Part shown: piece by piece, positions 12,229 to 25,290 of the stretch | How positions within the stretch are numbered: the first letter of the stretch is position 1 | How the letters are laid out: each line of letters begins with the position of its first letter | Assembly: GCF_001194135.2 (NCBI RefSeq) | Contig: NC_068982.1 | Coordinates: 38,719,523-38,783,522, forward strand | Origin: Octopus bimaculoides | Taxonomy: Eukaryota | DNA length: 64,000 nucleotides | Direction of reading: 5' to 3' | Notes under the pieces: model-generated | Seen by the model: the letters and a program-made list of their open reading frames with translations, nothing else | Told to the model about the DNA's origin: nothing | Database searches by the model: none | Position numbers and translations under genes: made by a program

Positions 12229-12360
12229 CTACATTTATCCCACATTGTGACAGAGATGGTTATTATGAGAAACGCCAGTGCCATAAAGGTGTTTGCTGGT
12301 GTGTGGACCTGAATGGCAATCAAATACTGGGTACACGAACCCGAGCCACCCCACATTGTG
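12229..12360 (+). CDS. SPOCK: Testican/SPOCK-like gene, thyroglobulin type-1 exon (ATFIPHCDRDGYYEKRQCHKGVCWCVDLNGNQILGTRTRATPHC)
   Basis: Acceptor ttctttttgtag, donor G|gtcagt, 132 nt, phase 1-1. IPxCDxDGYY...QC...CWCVD..G..I.GTR signature. EC followed by TY is the testican order, not SMOC. Confidence 0.95.
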
Positions 12361-14119
12361 GTCAGTATTTTTATTTGTTGTTTTGAATGAATATTAAAAT
12401 ATAGTTAATTCTGTTTCAATTTTCATTTAGAAACAGTTTGAACTTTTCAAAAAATTTAAGTAGCAACTTTTGGGAAGGCATAGCTTACTTCAAAAGTAAA
12501 TTTGAACTTATTTTCTGAGCTAAGAATAATTTATCTTTTCTATTTCAAATAACTAACTAGTTTTTTTGCATTTACTTTCTTACTGGTCAATAGATTAAAG
12601 AATAGCAATATACTCAGGCTTATTTAGATTAAGTTAAATTTTGCTTAAACAGGCATTAGACTATTTTTGTAGGAGTTTGCTATTGTTTAACCCATTTTAA
12701 TTTAATATAACTGGTTGTTATTTTAGTAACACCTGAGAATGAAAGTTTGTATGAACTTCATAGTATTTGAATTCAGAACATTAGAGACAAAAATTAAATG
12801 CTCTAATACTTACTGTTAATTCATCTGATGTTCTCTCATTTCAAGAAATGTGCTGTTTTAATCAATATTTAAATTAATAATTTAAGAAGGTTAATTAGTT
12901 GATAAAATGATAGATTACAGTGCTAAAATGCCTTTATAGCATTTAGTTTTATCTCTCTGAATTCTGAGTTGAAATTCAATCAAATTGATGTACTATTCAG
13001 TTGACAATAAGCATCTCTTATAAAAGTTGGCTTTGTGACTAAGCAAGGGTATCTTACCAGTATTATATGCACTGGGCCCTACAACATTTATTTATTAACA
13101 GCAAGCTACAGCATACATAGTTCATAATTGAGCCCGAGATCTGTAAGGCCCCTGGGCAACTGCCCACTGTGCTCATGTCTTAAGATGGCACTGTAACTGA
13201 GGAAGCAACCAATATTATTGAGCTAGCTGTGACATTAAATTGCCAAACTGTGTGTTATATTTTATTTGACTCAGTATCTTACAGTACTTAGCTCAAATCT
13301 CACTGAAATTTTGTCTTTATTCCTTTCTGGCGAAGAATTAAATTCCCGTAATATATTCAAATAGTCCAATGGTTAAACACTCACCTTAACAAAATTTGAT
13401 TTCATCCAATATCAAAAGAAATAAAGATTAATTATTTCAGAAGCTTCGTATTTGTAATTTAATCTGCACTTGATGATCTAGAGCCATAACTTTTTTTAAA
13501 AAATGCCAACTATTTTCAAATATTTGTTTGCAAGTGTTAACAACAGTTAATAGAAAAATGTTAGTTAAAATTAAACATTATGCTCTTTAGCTTAATTTCT
13601 ATGTTAATTATCAATTCAACAATGTTCATTTGCTAATCTTTTCGATAACTATTACGAAGTTCGACTTGACCTGCGTTAATACTTTTTAAGTTATTTAATA
13701 GAAGACTGATGTGATACGAAATTTCAGTCATTCTCACAATATAAAGTGTTATGTATTGAACGACATGTAACAAGGGAGGCAACTGTACTTTGCTTTACCT
13801 TAAGACGACCGGTACATAATATGCATTGAGTGTTAACAATAAACGTCACAGAATTTTTATGTCTATTAGTTCCCAAATAAGGGAGACATTTTAGTTATCA
13901 TTGAACTTCGCCCCCTCCTCACCAAAGCAAACAAAACGCATTCAAAACAAAAGAAACCTTCTCAACTTTAGATCTTATTTTCCTAGTTTTAATTTATGAG
14001 TAATAATACAAAAAGTTCATGAAAATGATAGAGCACTTTATAGTATTCAGATTTCTGTGGGTGAATTCTGTTTTAAATTCCAACCAATAGATATAAAAAA
14101 TACTGGGGTTTAAAATCGT

Positions 14120-14271
14120 TGGTATGACTGTATGCTAAGAAGTTTGCTTCCCTACCACATTGTTTCAGTTCAGTCCTTCCACCTTAAGCAAGTGCCTTCT
14201 ACTATAACCCCAGACTGACCAAAGCCTTGTGAGTGGGTTTTGATAGATGGAAACTGAAAGAAGCCTATCAT
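14120..14271 (+). mobile_element. SINE family B, 5' half (abuts a 10-N gap)
   Basis: Homology to the 9965 copy. Confidence 0.75.
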
Positions 14272-14281
14272 NNNNNNNNNN

Positions 14282-14326
<45 letters not shown>

Positions 14327-14714
14327 CTCAGACAAGGTATAAATAATGGTCATTATATATTTTTCCTTTATTAGAGTTAATTTGGCTTACAGTTGTTTCC
14401 AGTGGTCATTATAAGTATGTTACTGATAGGTTTACTCAATTGCTCTATTGATCAGTTGAGAAAAATTGAACAACTTAAAAAAAATTAATGCTACTTTCGT
14501 CAGAGCCATTTATGGTTATAACAAAACACTGAAGGAATGGTAGGGATAGGATGGCCGAAATTTGGGGAAAGGAGAGTCTTAAAGCATTAGTGTTTGTAGG
14601 AGCTCTTCACTAATCTAAACAATGGAGAGCTCATGAAGTATTTTGCCTGGATTGATAATCCCTCACTATTAGCTCTGTTTATATATATATCTATATATAT
14701 ATAATGTATGTGTG

Positions 14715-14930
14715 AGTTACTTGTTGCTTTGACATCATGTGGTAGTTGTAAGCAAGTGTCACTTGTGCAAGTGGTATCCTGTCTTTTCAATTTACATGAG
14801 GAAATATTACTTTGCTTGGAAATAGGTGAAGACTGGTGTCTGGAAGGGCACCCTTCTGTAGAAAATCCATCCCAACAAATTCTGCCCAACCCCTTCATAC
14901 ATGGAAAAGTGGATGTTAAAATGATGACTG
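14715..14930 (+). mobile_element. RTE-tail SINE variant
   Basis: ggaagggcacccttctgtagaaaatc...catggaaaagtggatgttaaaatgatga 3' end shared with family C. Confidence 0.65.
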
Positions 14931-15627
14931 ATTCAACTAAAATTGCTAATAATAATAATGAACTTACTGTATACAGTGCTCGGGTGCACTACATCTCATC
15001 AGAAAAGTAACCAAAATTGCACAAACAGTACATAGAATAAGCACAGGAAATGAATAGTGCATGTCTTTAAAAAAAAAAAGGAAAGAAAAAAGCTAAGTTA
15101 CCCCTTCAAATGACTTTTTGTTTCAAGAAGAGATTGATATCAATAATAAAGTGTTCTTTAATTAAATCACTAGAATTCTAACTGTATTGGAGTTCAATAT
15201 AATTAAGACTTACAATTACTGATTAACACTTGTTTCCTAATGAAAGTCAATTTAAATTATAAAATTTGAAAGAAGTTATCAGTTATCAGATAAATCTGAT
15301 GAAGTCACTATTTACAACACGTCTTTCTAAATTTTAAATACGCTGCATATATACTCAATTGATTTTTGAGGGTTTTGCTCTAACACCCTATCTCTACCAT
15401 CTTACCTTTTATCTCAGGTACTCCCCCCACTTATATAAATGCAAGATAACCATTTTATATCCAGGGACACTTGTTGTCCCTGGATATAAAATCACTGCAC
15501 CATCCTCTCAAATACTCCTCCCCCACCACACTTAATCGAGAGAGCTTTTCCCTTTCCCATCCTACTCCTTTTCTTCTTTCTTGTCTTGTAAGTTATTTGA
15601 CAATTGTACTAATATCAGCAGTATGAA

Positions 15628-15800
15628 AAAAAAGCACCCAGTACATACTGTAAAGTAGCTGGTGTTAGAATGGACATCCATCTATAGAAACCATGCCAAA
15701 GTTGACATGGAGCATGATGCAGCCCTGTGACCCACCTGCTTGTGTCAAACTGTCCGACGTATACCAGCATGGAAAATAGATGTTCAATGATGATAATGAT
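15628..15800 (+). mobile_element. Family C (RTE-tail) fragment
   Basis: aaagcacccagtac...ccagcatggaaaatagatgttcaatgatgat. Confidence 0.7.
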
Positions 15801-16250
15801 ATTGAATGTATGAGGTAAAATCAACTCATTTGATTGCCTTTTGTTATAGTCAGCATGATCATTTGTATCATATATTAATATTTTTTTTAATGTTAATTAA
15901 ATATATAAAAGAGTTAATCATCTTCAAATCAATTAAAAGTTCTTAATTGTTTTATATTTTAGATAAACTTGATGTTATGGGCCACCTTCGCAACCTAGTG
16001 TGATTGCTGAAAGAAGGAATCCTATAGAGACTTACAGAAGTAAAATTCAAAGTCGCCATTGCCATTTTCTATCTTGTATATATGCTTATATTTGTAGATA
16101 TGCATGTTATATATATATATATATATATATCTGTGCATGTACACACATACACATACATGCATTTCATATATGTACATGTGGAAAAAGAACAGGAAAATAT
16201 AGAAAGCTTCCAATAATGCAGAAAGTTTTACAAGAACCTTTATATTTCAG

Positions 16251-16297
16251 GTGCAAAGCTCCATCCTCAGAAAAAAAGTAGTTCAAGAAATGTCTAG
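16251..16297 (+). CDS. SPOCK: Testican/SPOCK-like gene, probable terminal coding exon (GAKLHPQKKSSSRNV*)
   Basis: Acceptor ttatatttcag, phase 1, TAG at 16295-16297, followed by AT-rich UTR-like sequence with AATAAA signals. No homology support. Confidence 0.68.
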
Positions 16298-16427
16298 TTT
16301 GTAAAACTTTATGCATTGTTAGTAGCTATCTATATTTTCCTTTTCCTTTTCTTTTTCTGTACTACAATATTTCAAGCAAACTACAATGTTCTTATCTATA
16401 TATATATACACACACATACACACATGC

Positions 16428-16462
<35 letters not shown>

Positions 16463-16471
16463 ACTCATATG

Positions 16472-16514
<43 letters not shown>

Positions 16515-16977
16515 TCATATTATGAAAATATACATGTGTATAAATATATATATAACATACTTATAACAATCATAAAAATACTTTTAAAAACATTTTGGTG
16601 TTTTATATCTCTTGTTCATTTAATTCTTGTTTTATGATATAAATGAATGATTGGATGGTCAATGATGTACAGCAGTGGTTTAAGAAAATGTTTGGTGGCC
16701 AAGTGGTTCATATGTTACTTTTGAACTCAACAATAAATGAATTTGTTTCTGTAGCCATCTGTTCTATTTGTCTTGTCATGAGTTAAAAAGATGTGCTTTA
16801 ATATATGGTACTGTGTAAACGATGTGTATATGAGCTTGTGCATGGGAAATGTTTTGGAATTTAGAGAATAGGTTTCATTAAAGAATATTATATTGTGTTA
16901 ATAACATCAGACACAGACCTAAGATACGTTTAGGCTTGAACAATGTTCATATATTTCCTTGCTGATTAACATTAAAA

Positions 16978-17209
16978 AATAAACATCATGTATTTTAAAT
17001 CATAAAATGTTTTGCTTTATATATAGATATGCATATGCATTTATACATATATGTCTACCTGCTTTTCTATATGATTGAATATGTTGTATGTTTGTGTTGT
17101 GTACACATGACATTATTTCACTCTTACTTTAGAAAAAATGAAAATCAAAATTTGATCAGTAGAATTAAAATACCAGTATAATTAGTGAATCAGTTGATAT
17201 ATCAATAAA
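16978..17209 (+). promoter_or_regulatory. Candidate poly(A) signals for the SPOCK 3' UTR (AATAAA at 16978 and 17204)
   Basis: Hexamers 0.7-0.9 kb downstream of the putative stop. AATAAA is common by chance in AT-rich DNA. Confidence 0.35.
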
Positions 17210-17292
17210 AATATGAAAGAAATTATTGTTACTGATTATGTGTGACTTGTACGAGATGAAACTCTTTGGAACAAATATATTCATTCTTTAAT

Positions 17293-17513
17293 CTTTTGGC
17301 ATTCACTATTACTCTGTCAAATTTAGTATTTATTTTTTATGTTGTTTTGCATTGATCATGCATCATCTCATAGCTTTGAGATTTTGATGATGTGATTTAA
17401 AAAAATTTTAGCACAACATTGTAGGGTAGGTGTGAAAAGCTCAATATGACCAGTTTGACCATAAAACAGAATATTTCAGCTGGCTATGGCCATTTTAAAT
17501 GCTAAAGGGCTAA
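17293..17513. mobile_element. Decayed piggyBac-like MITE (second family)
   Basis: Right end aaatgctaaagggctaa resembles ...AAAGGG|TTAA. Left end is degraded. Confidence 0.5.
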
Positions 17514-18362
17514 ATTTTAATTTTTTTCTTTAATTACATTTGCAGTCAGCGGTTTTATTTGAAAATATTTGTATTTGTAAATTTTTCAAATCTTTCAATT
17601 TCAGTATATATTTATATAAATGTAAGAAACTTATCTAATTTATTACAATACAGTGAAACCTTAAGAGGGAATAGTTAATTCTAGGTTATAGTTAGTTATT
17701 TGTGAAACATTTATAATCTAAATTCCCAAACAAGCACATATTGAAGTTGGATTTCTTTGTTCTGTTGTCATGTCAACTAAGCTATATTGATCTCTTTTGA
17801 AAACATTATTACTATTTTTATGTATTGTTCAATATGTAACTATTGTTCTAAAAAATACATAATACTGCAGTCTTCCTAATATTTTTTCAACCTTGATATG
17901 CCATGTTTTTTTCATTTTTTAATATTTTTTTAATGACTCGATTCAAACTTAATGACTCGGCTCTTAAGGCATGGTTCAAGTCATTCTATTTAGTCTCTCT
18001 GCTGTGATAGCTTGTTTCTTTATTCATCAGTGTAATTGTGGCGATTATTCTCTGGATGGTTGTATAATTTAAATCCTATCACAATAGTTTCAGAGGAACA
18101 TTTGTAATGTGTTTAGGATAGTGACTATGTAGCTATAAGTTCATATCTTTTTATCGATGATATTGATAGCTCTAATGCACCTGGTTATAACTTCAAGATT
18201 GATTGGTAATCAGCAGGAAAGGTATGTGCTTTTTTTAAAAAAAAAAAAACTCCAGAAAATACAACTGCTCATATAGAATGCTAAAATACAAATTTCTAAA
18301 ACCAGTTTTAGTCTTGCTAAGTATGGAAATATGCATGTAAGCAGTTTAAAATATTCTCTTAC

Positions 18363-18494
18363 ATTTTATGTCTCTGAAGATCTCTTCTGTATTTTCCATC
18401 ATGTCATTTAAATGTTTTGTTGCAGCCCATGGTGAAATCATTTGTGTCCTAGATTTACTTTGTTCATATTCTTTAGCTGTTCTGTTAGCATTTC
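18363..18494 (-). CDS. Candidate internal exon of an unidentified minus-strand gene (NANRTAKEYEQSKSRTQMISPWAATKHLNDMMENTEEIFRDIK)
   Basis: Acceptor tttgccaaacag, donor T|gtaaga, 132 nt, phase 1-1, open frame with protein-like composition. No homology recognised. Confidence 0.3.
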
Positions 18495-19409
18495 CTGTTT
18501 GGCAAATGTCATTAAAACAACATTTGTTTAAATAACATCTTCTGTAATATCCTTTCTAATTTTCTCAGCCCTTAATCATCCCTTGAACATAACATATCTA
18601 AATGTCAAATATACTCTATTGACAATCAGTTAAGTCTTTCCTGTTTATCACAAACTTTAATAGCAGCTAATTCATTATAAACTCTTCTCTCACCAGAAAG
18701 TCATAGCTGGGTGAGTTGATAAGGTGCCAAACTACCAGTTGAAAGGTTGGCGGTTCATATCCTGTCATTGATGCTTTACTGTTGTCTTGGCAGTGACATT
18801 TAACCCTAATGCTCAAATTTATTTAGTTATAAATATTCACTTTAAGGTGATGAGTGAGTCTCTCTGCTTTGTTGCTTGATCTGCTAAAAATAACTGAATC
18901 TTCGTCAAACCACATCTTAAGGAAAAGAAAAGGTGGGTGGACACTAGGTGATTTAATTCAAAATATATAGAAAGACAGGATTGTCATTGACATGGGTCTG
19001 CTCTGTCATGACCAACTTTGAGATAAGCAACAATAACAACGACCTACCTCTGTAAGCACCAAATGTAGTATTAATGTGGAAGATATTGTTGGTTTCCAGT
19101 ATTGAATTCAACTCTCAAAGTGTATGGCTTGAAGTGGACCGGTTCCAAGAGGTTGATTTTTCCCTTGATACACATTACAAGAGGACCAGATCTCTAATGA
19201 TGTTCCATCAATCCAGGGTGTAAAATCCCTTTCCTTATATCAACACTGCTGACTCTAAATGAAAAATAATAAAATGCTTTTTCATGTCTTGAAACAAAAA
19301 ATTAAACCGTACACATACACACACACACAAAGTTATGAATAAAACTATATATCACAATATAAAAAAAAATTTCAGAATCATTTCTATTTACCTGATAATT
19401 ATTTTGTGA

Positions 19410-19565
19410 AAGTGCATGGTCAAATGGTTTAGATGCTGGGATCATGAATGTTAAGTTGTGGGTTCAAATTTTGGACCTGGCAGCATATTGTGTCTTTGAG
19501 TACATTGTTTCAGTCCACTCCATTGAAAATGAGTACCAGCGACTAGCTGAGGATTAACCTTGTGA
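19410..19565 (+). mobile_element. Old tRNA-headed SINE with CORE-like central segment
   Basis: A/B-box-like head (tggtcaaatggtt...gggttcaaat) followed by cagtccactcc..aaatgagtaccagc. Confidence 0.45.
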
Positions 19566-20156
19566 CAAATTAAGATTTTATTCCTTCAGTTGCTTAAATG
19601 TCACAGAAATTGGTATAAGCTTTGCAGTGTTTGTTCTAACTCTTTATGTTCCTAGTTCAAATCCTGCAAAGGTCAATTTTTGCCTTTCATTTTTTTCTGA
19701 GATCAATAAAATAACTAATTGACAAGCCCAACTCCCCAACAAAATTAGGCCTTGTACCTAAAGGATTATTGAGCTATTGATAGCATCTTTAAGTTCTGAA
19801 TTTCTGAATTTAGATTATACCAGGGCTGTATTTTCCTTTTCTCCTTCCAGATTTGATAAAATAAATGTTTTAGTTAAGTACTGAAATGGTTTTGATCAAC
19901 TGCAGTGAACTCTACATGAAATTTGTGGCTGTGTGCTTTATTGAAAATTATTATAATTGTTAATGAAAATAAAAGAAATTGTTATAGAAAAGTGTTGTGA
20001 AATATTAAGTTTTTGGTGAACCTTGTTTGCAATCCTGTTTCAATACCCTTTGTCAACCAATTTGTGCATGTTACCAATACACTTGGGAAAATATGTTACA
20101 CTTCTCTATCTGTGTACATTTTCAAATCTTAAGCTTCATGCCCATGTAAGGAACCA

Positions 20157-20190
<34 letters not shown>

Positions 20191-20639
20191 GGTTTTGATG
20201 TGTTCTATAGTGTTTTTGTTAACACTTGGTGAACAATCTGGGGACCAGTTTCAGCTTCTGATAGGAATCTCCTTAAAAATGTCATTCAGGGAAAAGCATA
20301 AATAGCAAATAACCATAGTCATATTTATATAATAATTGTTATTTTATACAGTAGACATTCAGAGTTCATATCCTGCCAAGATCAACATTGTCTTTCATCC
20401 CTCTGGGGTCAATAAAATAAAGTACATGTCAAGTAAAAAGGTCGATGTAATTGAGTATCCCTCCCACCAAAAAAACAAAAAAAACAAAAACAAAAAAGAA
20501 ACTGCTGGTCTTGTGCCCAAATTAGAAACAATTATTTTATACAATGGCTATTAACTTTTGCCTGTCCAAATCATTTTCATAAGTTTTTCCTAAATGTCCT
20601 TGCATGTTTTCAGACTTTTATTGAGCCCTTGTATCATAT

Positions 20640-20822
20640 CATCATTATCATTTAACATCTGTTGTCCATGCAGGCATGGGTTGGGCAGTTTGACCAGGGC
20701 TGGTAAGCTGAGAGGCTGTACCAGACTCCAGTCTGATTTGGCATGGTTTCTATGGCTGGATGCCTTCCCTGATGCCAACCACTCTGAGAGCATAATGGGT
20801 GCTTTTACATGCCACCAGCACA
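20640..20822 (-). mobile_element. Family C (RTE-tail) copy
   Basis: Homologous to 8801-9235. Confidence 0.75.
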
Positions 20823-21419
20823 TTCTTATGAATATAAAGCTTTCTCTTCATTAATCTCAAATTACTCAGGTAGTTGAAAAAACTGTGTATCCTATATGAT
20901 ACAAGGAAACTGAGAAATATGTCCTGTGTATCACATAATTCACAGGACAGGAAAACGGTTAAAGACACACTTAAAGAAGTCATTAGTGGAAACATATTAA
21001 TTTTAAATTTAAAGATTGAAATCTTTCAAAATTGTAGCAAATAAAGAGCCTGAATTTTCTTTTTCAAGAGTTCAAAATAAAAACATCTGGTATATTATAT
21101 TTGCATGTATGAATAAAAATATATCGGATGTATGTTATAAATGTGTCACACCAGCTGTTAAGTATAGTATTTTTTAAATTTTTTATTTGTTTGGGATGAT
21201 ATATTAAAACATCTGGTACACTATATTTATGTTCTGTATTGTGATATATTGGAAACATCTGTCGTGATATATTTTGATTGGGGATAATTTGGTACTGCAG
21301 TTGTGTCATCAATTGGTTCTTTCAAGTTGTAGAATGGAACATGGTGGCATGTGAATTTAATTAAAATCAGTTATGATAGTTTAGTAAGTAGACAAGAGCC
21401 ATGTAAACATTTGCATTAC

Positions 21420-21633
21420 TACTGCTGAAAAATTCCTGACTTTGGGTAAAAGAAAACACAAGAGGATTAGTTAATTATTCAACATATTTCCCTCTCCAAT
21501 TCACACTTATTGCAGTGGTCCTTCAGTTCTTCTAAGCTCAGTAAAAGAATTTGGAAGGATGGGCCTTCAATCAGGCCTTTCACAGTACCCTCAAAGCCAG
21601 GAGCTTTTCAGCACTCCGTTGTAAAAGAATGAG
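21420..21633. mobile_element. Mariner-like MITE; related fragment at 26275-26430
   Basis: Inverted ends gctgaaaaattcctgacttt / aaagccaggagcttttcagc, TA at the right end, internal sequence shared with 26275-26430. Confidence 0.6.
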
Positions 21634-22365
21634 ACGATAGAAAAAACAAAACAAACTCTTTTTATCAGTACATCTTAATACTTGTTCTGAAACTGTATTT
21701 CATACTTTTATCTGAATGACAACAATGTAAAAATTCAAGAATTATTTCGACATATATCTGAAGAAATCTGCTGTTAGACATTTGCTAATATTCTTTTGAA
21801 TTATAATGGTTTCAAATTTTGACACAGGGCTTGTAATTTCAGAGGAGGGAATAACTCTACCATATTTATCCCTGACCTCGAAAGGCTAAGTCGACCTCGG
21901 TGAAGTTTGAACTCTGGTTACGGCTGTTAATACAAGGGAGATAACCGCCACATAACACCAGGCGGGATTAAAACGTGAATTTGAAATTAAGGAATATTAG
22001 GAGTAGGTGCATGAAGTTTATATTTATTTTGTTGTCGTTGTTTTAAATGGATAACAAAACTACAGCAGGTTATGATGATAATCATAGTGTACCCTGAATT
22101 TTACATATTTTGATCTAGATGTCATGTTCACAAAGATATCATTGTTAATAATTGCAAAATAAAGCGAAATTTATTATTTAAAAATAACAACACATAAGAT
22201 TGAAAAATCGTTTTGGACTGAAAAAGTCAATGGATGCCCAATTTTTATATGTTATTATTTATAGCTTTATGTGCTGCGAAATCGACTGTTCCAAAATATT
22301 TCATGTTCTCTTGAAAGTTTATAAGACTCTTATGATGTCAACATTATTATTATTTTGACATTTAC

Positions 22366-22850
22366 GGTTGAGCTGGCAGAAACGTTAGCACACTGGGCGA
22401 AATGCTTAGCAGTATTTCGTCTGCTGTTACGTTCTGAGTTCAAATTCCGCCGAGGTCAACTTTGCCTTTCATCCTTTTGGGGTCGATAAATTAAGTACCA
22501 GTTACGCACTGGGGTCGATGTAATCGACTTAATCCCATTTTCTGTCCTTGTTTGTCCCCTCTATGTTTAGCCCCTTGTGAGCAATAAAGAAATAAGAAAC
22601 GTTAGCACACTGGACGAAATGCTTAGAGTTGTTTCGTCTGCCTTAACATTCTGAGTTCAAATTCTGCTGCAATCGACTTTGCTTTATCCTTTCAGGGTTG
22701 ATAAATTAAGTACGAGTGAAATACTGGGGGTCGATGTAGTTGACTAATCCCTCCCACCAAATTTCAGGCCTTGTGCTTATAATAGAAAGGATTATTTAGA
22801 CATTTATTAAGGCAGTAAGCTGGTAGAAGTGTTAGCATGATGGACAAAAT
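22366..22850 (+). mobile_element. Tandem SINE family A copies (two plus a head fragment), CpG-retaining
   Basis: Two successive gaaacgttagcac...ttctgagttcaaatt...ggggtcgatgt units. Confidence 0.82.
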
Positions 22851-23494
22851 GCTTTGTGGCAGCCATGTTTAAAGTGGTTATACCACTCCTTGATCTGAGG
22901 TTTACCCATAGCGTCATCAACAAAGACCTGTTGAATCTTCCAGATGGTTTGAGCTTGAGTACCACCAATCTTTTGGCAACAAGTCTCAGTACTGCATTGT
23001 GCTACAATATCTGCTTTGGCTTAGTTTCTAAGGGTGGATATCTTTCCTAGCACCAACCACATTACAGAATGTACAGGGTGCTTTTTTCATGGCAGCAGCA
23101 CTAGTGAGGTTACTATGCAGTTTGCAAGGTTAAGATCACCTTTGATTGAGAGAAGTTAAAGTAGAGCAAAATTGCTTTATGTTTGGAGTTGAGGGTTAAA
23201 GTATGAAAGAAGGGGTCAGAACAGAATGGGTTTCTTGATGTAAAGAAGCTACATGACTACTCACATTATAAAATGGATGATAAGTTCCTGGAAGAGAAAA
23301 AGATGACCCGTATAACAGAAAAAGATGACGAAATATACAGTTCTGCTCTCATTTAATTACAGCAGAAGAACACTGCTGTTAAGAAGGTAATGGAGGGATC
23401 AGTGATTGAGAGATGATGGGTGGTAGGAAAAACTTGATTAGGAAATTGGGCAAGAAGCTGTGCTTTCAGGATCTCAGTTTTGCCAAGATGAGCA

Positions 23495-23735
23495 GGTCTT
23501 CTTGTGCATCACATATCTCGATTTACTGTGGCCTTTTGTCAACTCTTCCATAAAATTCAAAGTCCTGAGATCAGCCTTCATATTTCGTCTCAGGTCTTAC
23601 ACATCGACAAGCTCCCATTCACATTGTGATTGGCACTTTTTCATATAGCTGTCCTCATCCATACATATTACCTGTCTATACCAGCAGTCTTCTTTTTTGC
23701 ACACTGCAGCTCATTCCTTTTATGCCCAGTTTTTC
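23495..23735 (-). mobile_element. RTE LINE ORF2 C-terminal fragment
   Basis: Minus-strand translation with frameshifts resembles ...RRLxWYGHVxRMDEDSxxKKC...KADLRTLN, the typical RTE 3' end. Confidence 0.65.
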
Positions 23736-24249
23736 TTTTAATATATCTATACTTCATCATTCATACATGCTTATGTTGAATATCCCATGGAGCAACTTTC
23801 GCTTTTAAAATTTATGCGAAGCTGATAATTGAAAGTTATGATTTAAACCAGTATTTCAAAGGATTTTTACATTACACTTGTTTGAAATATAAAAAATATG
23901 TATTTATAAATAAACGTCAAAATTTAACAGAAGAAAATTTTGTTTTTCAAAAGCCCAAAGGAGAGCAAAAATGATTAAAATTAATACTATCAGGTCATCC
24001 CATAAGTTCTGTCCGAATTTTGAATAAAGAAAACAAGTGATCAAATGTTATATTTAATTGAAATTTAATCATCAATGTACTTTCCCTGATTATCTATGAC
24101 TTCCTTTCATTTATTTACAAGCTTTTTAATCCCATCAAGTGGAAGACAACACTTGCACAAGGTGTCACACATTAGGACTGAACCCGGAAGCATGTGGTTG
24201 AGAAGTAAGCTTCTTACCACACACACACACACACACAATTCACAACAAC

Positions 24250-25290
24250 TATTTCACCAGCACTCTATTGATGATTACATCATGGCAAAAGACTCACCAT
24301 CGTCAAGTAAATTTTTAACATATTAACTGGTAGGGTTGAAATAGAAGGTGACTAGTTCACCAACAATAATGCTGGAACAAGTGAAATTTTGAGAAGGTAC
24401 AATAAAATTTATGGAGAAAATGGGTCAGATACATGGAGGGCAACTAGTTCAAAACTACCCTATTTTTCAAGTTGCTATCTTAATTAATTTATAACTCTGG
24501 CCAGTGATCAAGGATCATGCATGGTTATATAAAATAGGAAATAGACTACATATACAAGCAGGTCGAACTGATAAGACAAGCTTCAATAGAAAATAAGAAC
24601 TGGGATTGACTAGTTCTTCTAAAATAATTCAAGGTGGTGCCCCAGTCTAATGACTGAAACAAGTAAAAGCTAAAAGATATATATATATATTTATGTATGT
24701 ATGTGTGCACATGTGAATATACATGTAAGTATGTACATATGTGTGTATATGTTTGTTGTGTGCTTTGCACATATATTAGCTTAATTAGGATGTCTATATA
24801 TCTGTATGTACCAACATGTATATATGTTGCATGAGTGCATGTGCATATATGAGATTATATATGCGTATGTGAGGGTATACTGAGGTCCTCTTATATGTAC
24901 ATAGATAAACTGGATGGATGATGTGTAGATGTATGTACAGTGCATACTAATATATAGATACACACACACACACAAACATTATAATTTAATGTATAGGCCT
25001 AAGAGTATGTGTGTATTCTAGGGTGAGATTTATGGTGACAGTCCATGCCTCCTTAACTCTTTAGTCTGGTATCTTATCTGTACAATTTCCTAGAATATGT
25101 TGCCCCCCATGTATCTGAACCACTTCCTTTATAAATTCTATAGTACCTTCTCAAAATTTCTCTGTACCCACCATTATTATTGGTGAACTGGTTACCTTCT
25201 ATTTCTACCTTACCTGTTTATATATTTAAAATTTACCTGACAACGGTGCAATCAAAGAATGCATTCATAAAATGTTGCTGAAATTAAGTT
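24250..25290. mobile_element. Old foldback/long-TIR element (arms ~24250-24455 and ~25090-25290)
   Basis: The reverse complement of 24255-24450 aligns by eye with 25095-25285 (gtaccttctcaaaattt...ttggtgaact.gt.accttctattt...atttac.tgac and ttgcccc..catgtatctga). Confidence 0.6.

Noticed and set aside
4787-12360. SPARC or SMOC as the gene identity
   Set aside because: SPARC has no thyroglobulin domain and an atypical EF1. SMOC has its TY domains before the EC domain. EC followed by TY fits testican/SPOCK.
25237-25277. Apparent minus-strand 41-nt exon (QHFMNAFFDCTVV)
   Set aside because: It lies within the arm of the inverted-repeat element and aligns to the other arm, so it is likely TE-derived.
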